Positions 57,901 through 64,000 of a DNA stretch of 64,000 bases are shown here, one piece after another; the first letter of the stretch is position 1; each line of letters begins with the position of its first letter. The notes under the pieces are model-generated. The model was not told where the DNA came from, did no database searches, and saw only the letters and a list, made by a program, of their open reading frames with translations. Both the position numbers and the translations under genes were made by a program. The stretch spans positions 22,444,001 through 22,508,000 of the forward strand of contig OZ024743.1 in the NCBI GenBank assembly GCA_964016885.1, given 5' to 3'. The stretch comes from Eledone cirrhosa (lineage: Eukaryota).

Positions 57901-58805
57901 AACAGTTATAGTGACAGCAACAGTTATACAGACAGTAACAGTTATAGTGACAGCAACAGTTATACAGACAGCAACAGTTATTCAGACAGTAACAGTTATA
58001 GTGACAGCAACAGTTATACAGACAGCAACAGTTATACAGACAGCAACAGTTATACAGACAGCAACAGTTATACAGACAGCAACAGTTATACAGACAGCAA
58101 CAGTTATACAGACAGCAACAATTATAGTGACAGCAACAGTTATAGTGACAGCAACAGTTATAGTGACAGCAACAGTTATAGTGACAGCAACAGTTATACA
58201 GACAGCAACAGTTATAGTGACAGCAACAGTTATACAGACAGCAACAGTTATACAGACAGCAACAGTTATACAGACAGCAACAGTTATACAGACAGCAAAC
58301 AGTTATACAGACAGCATCAGTTATAGTGACAGCAATAGTTATAGTGACAGCAACAGTTATAGTGACAGCAACAGTTATAGTGACAGCAACAGTTATAGTG
58401 ACAGCAACAGTTATAGTGACAGCAACAGTTATAGTGACAGCAACAGTTATAGTGACAGCAACAGTTATAGTGACAGCAACAGTTATAGTGACAGCAACAG
58501 TTATAGTGACAGCAACAGTTATAGTGACAGCAACAGTTATAGTGACAGCAACAGTTATAGTGACAGCAACAGTTATAGTGACAGCAACAGTTATAGTGAC
58601 AGCAACAGTTATAGTGACAGCAACAGTTATACAGACAGCAACAGTTATAGTGACAGCAACAGTTATAGTGACAGCAACAGTTATAGTGACAGCAACAGTT
58701 ATAGTGACAGCAACAGTTATAGTGACAGCGACAGTTATACAGACAGTAACAGTTATACAGACAGCATCAGTTATACAGACAGTAACAGTTATACAGCCAG
58801 CAACA
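30997..58805. repeat. ~27.8-kb tandem satellite, 18-bp unit (GT/CA)GACAGCAACAGTTATA, ~1,540 copies, with higher-order repeats
   Basis: Directly visible head-to-tail array with two major unit alleles, rarer variants and occasional 16/19-bp units. No PDE exon recognised between 26570 and the window end, so it is probably intronic. Confidence 0.99.
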
Positions 58806-59679
58806 AAGTAACTGTAACAAAAGCAGTACTGATCCAATAAAGGAGCCTCTACATACTCATTATACCTATATTTCCACCTACCAAATTCCATTCAATGGGT
58901 ATTAGTCAGTTTAAGGCTTTGGTAGAAGACACATGCCTAAGGTGGTAGATAGTGAGATTGAACCCCCAGCCATGTGGTTGTGAAGTAAGCTTCAGAACCA
59001 TACTGCCATTGGAAAAAAGTCATTCAAAAGAGCTAAAAATCTTTTTGATCAGAGGTCTGTTTAATCAAAGCTGGAATAAACTACAAATAACAGTATATAA
59101 CATGAAGCAAACACATAAAAACTACAACAGACCAAATGAGTGATTTTTTTCTAACAAAATATACTACCTATATCTTTTAATTAATTTTGAAAATGATAAA
59201 AAATGTGGCAGAATTTAATAAAATAATTAACCTTTCATTATTAAGTGTTACAAACATTTTGATGGACAGTTTTAATATAAATATGAATAAATTAAAATGT
59301 GATGTTTTGTATCATAAAACCAAGGAGGTTTCAGGCTGGTATCAAAAGGGTTAAATAAGAATTGGGTTAAGATTAAATACACAGTATAACCCACTTTCTG
59401 ACAACCAACCACTTCCAAACTGTAAAATGGTTTAGAAAAAGTATAAATTGGATTGTAACGATATAAGGCTGGATATACCTTTTAGGAATTATATTAGAAA
59501 TTAAACGTTATCTAGAATTCTTTTTTTTTATCAGTTATTCAGAGAAGGAAAATGAGTGACTGTGGCACTTTATATTTTAGAACAACCAAGATAAATAGGA
59601 AGTTGAGAGAAAATTAGCCTTAGACTGGAGATCAGGCCTAAACGGTTGCAACTATGTGAACACTTATAGGTATCCAAAG

Positions 59680-59897
59680 CCTTTAACATTTACATTACTC
59701 TATATTTACTATTATATTTTTACGGTAAGGGCTTTACCTCACATAATTATTTCACATATCGAATCTATGAGATTTTGATATTTATTTTAAGAACAATATC
59801 TTAACATCAGTATGAGTGGCCAGTTATGACCGGTTTAAACAGAAAGAGGTGAGAGAATTCTGGCCAGATACGGCTGGTTTAAATGCAAAAGAGTTAA
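59680..59897. mobile_element. Diverged copy of the same MITE (another at ~9614-9765)
   Basis: Internal AGAAAGAGGTGAGAGAATTCTGGCCAGATA shared with the 11216 copy; degenerate TIRs. Confidence 0.75.
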
Positions 59898-60589
59898 ACT
59901 CAGACAATGGATTATGTCTACTAACTTAGAAAGCAAAGAGCTGCAAGACACTAACAATTCTGCTCAATCCACCAACTTGGAAGGGAAAGTTAACCTCACG
60001 AAGATGTGAATTTAGAATGTTGAAAGCTGGAACATATGCTCAATGCTTTAACGATTCAATCAATTAACTGCATTACAATAAACTATGGCTTCTGTAATTT
60101 ACACTGGACACCAAGATGGAGCTAAATAGGAACATATATTTTTCTCTCTCGCTCGCTCCTCTTAATGAAAACCGACATATATTACAATTTTCCCTCTCTC
60201 TCATCCTAATGAAAACCAAATTATCTAACAATTCTTTTTTTTTTCAGAGAGAGAGTTATGTCTGAACCAGAGTTTAAAACTGATTAGAGACTGACTGATA
60301 CAATTGTATTGGTCAATCTGTGAGACTCAAAGTGTTTTATAATAGCCTTTTACAAATTATTAAATATCAACTCAATGAATGCTGTCTTGTTCACAACACT
60401 ATTAATAGGTGTTTCTGCGTACATGTATGTATGCACACAAAACCAGACATAGATACATTCATATATACATATATACAATATAGCACCATCAATATATGAT
60501 GTGCAAGCATAGAGGCCCATTTAAACTATGCTTTTTAATATTTTCCTCTACAGTATTGCTGCCCTGATCCTGCCTAGATCAGTAATTGG

Positions 60590-61115
60590 TTTAAGGTGGC
60601 TGTACTGAAAGTTTTGTAGCTACAGTGAGAATTAGGAAGATATAATTCAAAGAGCTGCTATCTCTGCTGCCAACAAAGGCCTTCACTCTCAGAGTGAAAA
60701 GCAAATTATATGATGCTTGTGTTTGAATGGCTATGTTGCATGGTAGTGAGATGTTGGGTATGAATGCATAAGATTTACACCAACTGGGAAAGAATGGAGC
60801 ATGTATGCACATCTGGATGTTAGCATGTGTGAATGACAGAGCATAAGTGAGCTGAGAGAATGGCTGAGTATAAAAAGAATCAGATGTAATGTACAAGAAA
60901 CAAATTTGCATTGGAATAGACAAATGATGCCTAAGGAGAGAGATGTCTGTATAAAGAAATGCTGAGCACTTGAAATAGATGGAAAGAGGGAGACAAAGGA
61001 AAATGTGGAACAACGTCCTGAATAATGATTTCAAGAAAATTAACCCTATAGAGATGACATAAGATCATAATGACTGGTCACTCATGGTGCTAGAAAAGAC
61101 CCATCCACCAGTAAA
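60590..61115 (+). mobile_element. Decayed RTE LINE 3' fragment
   Basis: FKELLSLLPTKAFTLRVKSKLYDACV..MLHGSE motif, collinear with 4907-5421. Confidence 0.8.
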
Positions 61116-62939
61116 AGTACAACAGCACTAAATATAAATGTGATGAGAGATTGGAAGCTGCATGGAGTATAGAGGTTTCCTTTTATCCTGCAGTTGATGG
61201 GATTGACTGACAAATGAACTGATTCAATATAGAGTAGAAATGACCCTCTGGTCCTGTCAAGGACTTGACAACCTCCCTAGTCCTGGTGCCACAATAAAAT
61301 ATACCCAATACATGCTGTAGAATGATAGTTCTGGGACCATGATAAAATACATCCAGTACACTCTGTAGAATGGTAGGCCTGGCATGATGATGAACAAACT
61401 GTCACCATCATCACTGTCATTCAACCCTCCTACATCTTTATATGCATCTGATTTGACAGAGATAAGTGTGGAATCTGTGGAATACACAGAACTTTAAAAC
61501 ATTTTAAAACCTTAGTTTGAAAATAAGAACTCTAGTTTCTTTAGTTTGTCATTGAATGGCAAGCTATTCTTGAGCAGAGAAGAAGCTGATGGCTGTCATG
61601 TTAAAAGTTATACATGATATCACAAGCAAGTATATGAAAACATGTGATAAGACTTATTAGATAATTAATACCTGCTTTTCACATGGCTATCACATTTTCA
61701 CATGTCTACCACTTACAAAAGGTACCTAGGAGATATAAGCAGTGTACAAGATAACAAAACAGGGGGAGAATGAGACTAGATGAAAATATCAACATTCCCA
61801 ACCACAGAATGGGACATTTAAATGCCATCATAAAATGTAAAGGGATAATGAGCTTACAACACACCAACTTCACCTCAAGAAATGTATGAAGAGTCTACAT
61901 GTAAAACACCTGAGGGTAAATTAATATCTTTAAAACAAGAATTCAAAATACGTGAAAAATGTTAGTTTTGTGAAAAGATATAATGTGCCAGCATTAACCA
62001 CAAGTTTGTTTTTAATCTGCAAGCTGTGTACCAGAGGGTGAAGGAAAACAGTATCCTTGTTTAAAAAAAAAAAGCCCTGCTCGGGAAAATTTAAAATCAT
62101 TTTGGTTTAAAAGATAGACTTTAACCAGGATGCATCATGGTTGAATACAATAAAGACAGAATACTATATCAACAATAAAATTTATACAATTGATTTTGAA
62201 ATTTTCAGTAAAACTATGAGGAAGCTATATAATAGGAAGACACCAAATAGTTAAATGCTGGTATAAGAGGTTGATGTTCTACAAAAAGTCACTGATTAAA
62301 AAAAAAATATGGAAAGACAGATTGACATATGAAATTGGCATATCATATCACAAGTGAAACTTGAAGCCAAAAATTAAAATACTGGCTTGGCAAAAAACTA
62401 CTAGTTCTGTGCTTGCCAAAACATTATGTATAAACTTTAGAGAAGTGGCTTCAGCCAATTACCCAAGATCATTGCAGGACCAACAGTGTAACAATCAATG
62501 AGCAGGCAAGTGGAAGAACTGAAGTGTGGGTCTGTGTCAAACGTCATCGTCATCATCATCATTATTGTTGTTTTCATTTCGTCTTTTCTATCCTGGCATA
62601 GGCTGGACAGGACTTTTTGATGCAATATTTTACAATTGAATGCCCTTCCTGAAACTAGCCCTTTTAGTACCTTCTTACAACATGCATGTATACAATGTAC
62701 CTATTCTAAACCAGATACACATGGATAACTTTTGATAAATAAAGATGTGATGTTTAAAGTCAGCAAATGCTGCAGAAACCTGGTAATAGTATAGCTTAAT
62801 TAGAGAAAATCATTCAGTTCTTTTCCCTACTTTTGGTTATTTAAGTCACTGCACTTGAAAAGAGGACCTGATTCTTTGGTCACTGTCATTCAAAAGCTCA
62901 CAAATACCTGGTCAACTATCATTATACTTAAAGCTGAAA

Positions 62940-63054
62940 TTCTGAGTTCAAATCCCGCCGAGGTTAACTTTGCCTTTTATCCTTACGGGGTCGATAAAAT
63001 AAAGTACCAGTAATGTACTGGGTAATTTCTGGCCTTGTGCCAATAGTAGAAACA
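62940..63054 (+). mobile_element. 5'-truncated family-A SINE with perfect 19-bp TSD
   Basis: ATTATACTTAAAGCTGAAA at 62921-62939 and 63055-63073. Confidence 0.9.
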
Positions 63055-64000
63055 ATTATACTTAAAGCTGAAAGTAGAACAGAACACCTGAGGAGGTCTG
63101 GGCCATTGAAAAAAAATCAAACTCAATCCAAAACGTGTTCATATCATTTACCAAAAAACACAAGGGCATTCACTGTTGGCTCTTTGATTGATGAAAATAA
63201 CACTCTCCATGATCATGTAGCATGGGTGAAATCCTGTTTTCAGCAATCCTGACATGGTTAGTCTGAGCTGTATCAGTGATGTTAATCCCCAACACACTAT
63301 ATCTGACATAACATTTTGCACCTCTCATATATTAGTAGTAAAAGAAAAAAAAAAAAATTAAACCCAACCCAACAGCAGGGCCAGTATTGAGTACCTTACT
63401 TAATGTGGTTACCTCAGATTGAACCCAGGATACACACACACATATATATGTATGTGTATATATATATGTATATATATATATATATATATTGTGTGTGTGT
63501 GTATGTACACACACACACACAAAGACACTATTTCCTTCTATAAACTGTTTTAACTGTTCAACATATAGGGAAAAGGAATAGATAAGAAAAAAAATATAAT
63601 AAATATGTAAAAAAAAGTAAATGATAAAAAGATCTGGAATGAATTTGTTTGAAATACCACTGAATTGGTTACATGTTATGACTACAAGATCTTAAAGGCA
63701 AAGTAGTAAGAGCATAGCTATATTCTAGCATTTACTGAATCAGCCAAAGTAAACAAGCTCATTGACAATGGTACAAAAACAAGAACTTTTCTTTTATCAG
63801 AATACACCATTTAGCAGAAGAATTTTAATTACTTTCACAGCAGCAAATTCTATATCATTGCTTTAAATGACAACTCTCTCTTTCTCTCTTTCAAATGAAA
63901 TAGATACCATTTGAACATCTATTCATTCCTAATATAAGAAGGGATAAGCTTCTTTCCATTCATAGGAGCTAAATCTCTAATCTGGGATACCACATGCAGC

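Noticed and set aside
30997-58805. CRISPR-like or telomeric array
   Set aside because: No unique spacers, no cas genes, eukaryotic context; the unit is not TTAGGG-like and unique DNA flanks both sides.
31067-58891. Giant ORFs (up to 2100 aa) of [18 protein letters not shown] and YNCCCH repeats as genes
   Set aside because: An 18-bp unit leaves four of six frames open by construction. Starts are mostly GTG/TTG inside units, frameshifts are amplified within HORs, and there is no unique domain.
61410-61490. DAYKD peptide on the minus strand as a PDE GAF-A exon
   Set aside because: Upstream residues do not match GxVAxxGExLNI and there is no convincing acceptor.

Overview
AT-rich, repeat-dense animal DNA. 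The mix of SINEs, RTE/CR1 LINEs and microsatellites looks like an octopus or other coleoid genome (inference). The window appears to lie inside large introns of a minus-strand GAF-domain cyclic-nucleotide phosphodiesterase gene (PDE5/6/11 family). Two exons are clearly recognisable (26480-26569 and 16539-16676). They splice in frame to ...[26 protein letters not shown]|VLLDLARVIFEEQ..., and a candidate 12-nt microexon lies at 14143-14154. The dominant structure is a ~27.8-kb tandem array (30997-~58805, ~1,540 units) of an 18-bp unit with two interspersed alleles (GTGACAGCAACAGTTATA / CAGACAGCAACAGTTATA). It has nested higher-order repeats, regional variant layers, essentially no AG on the PDE-sense strand, and frameshifting indels that all shift frame the same way. 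The giant SDSNSY/IVTATV/YNCCCH ORFs are by-products of this array. The remainder is LINE fragments (RTE, CR1, R4/Dong-like), SINEs, TTAA-flanked piggyBac-type MITEs, a non-autonomous Helitron, and mini/microsatellites.
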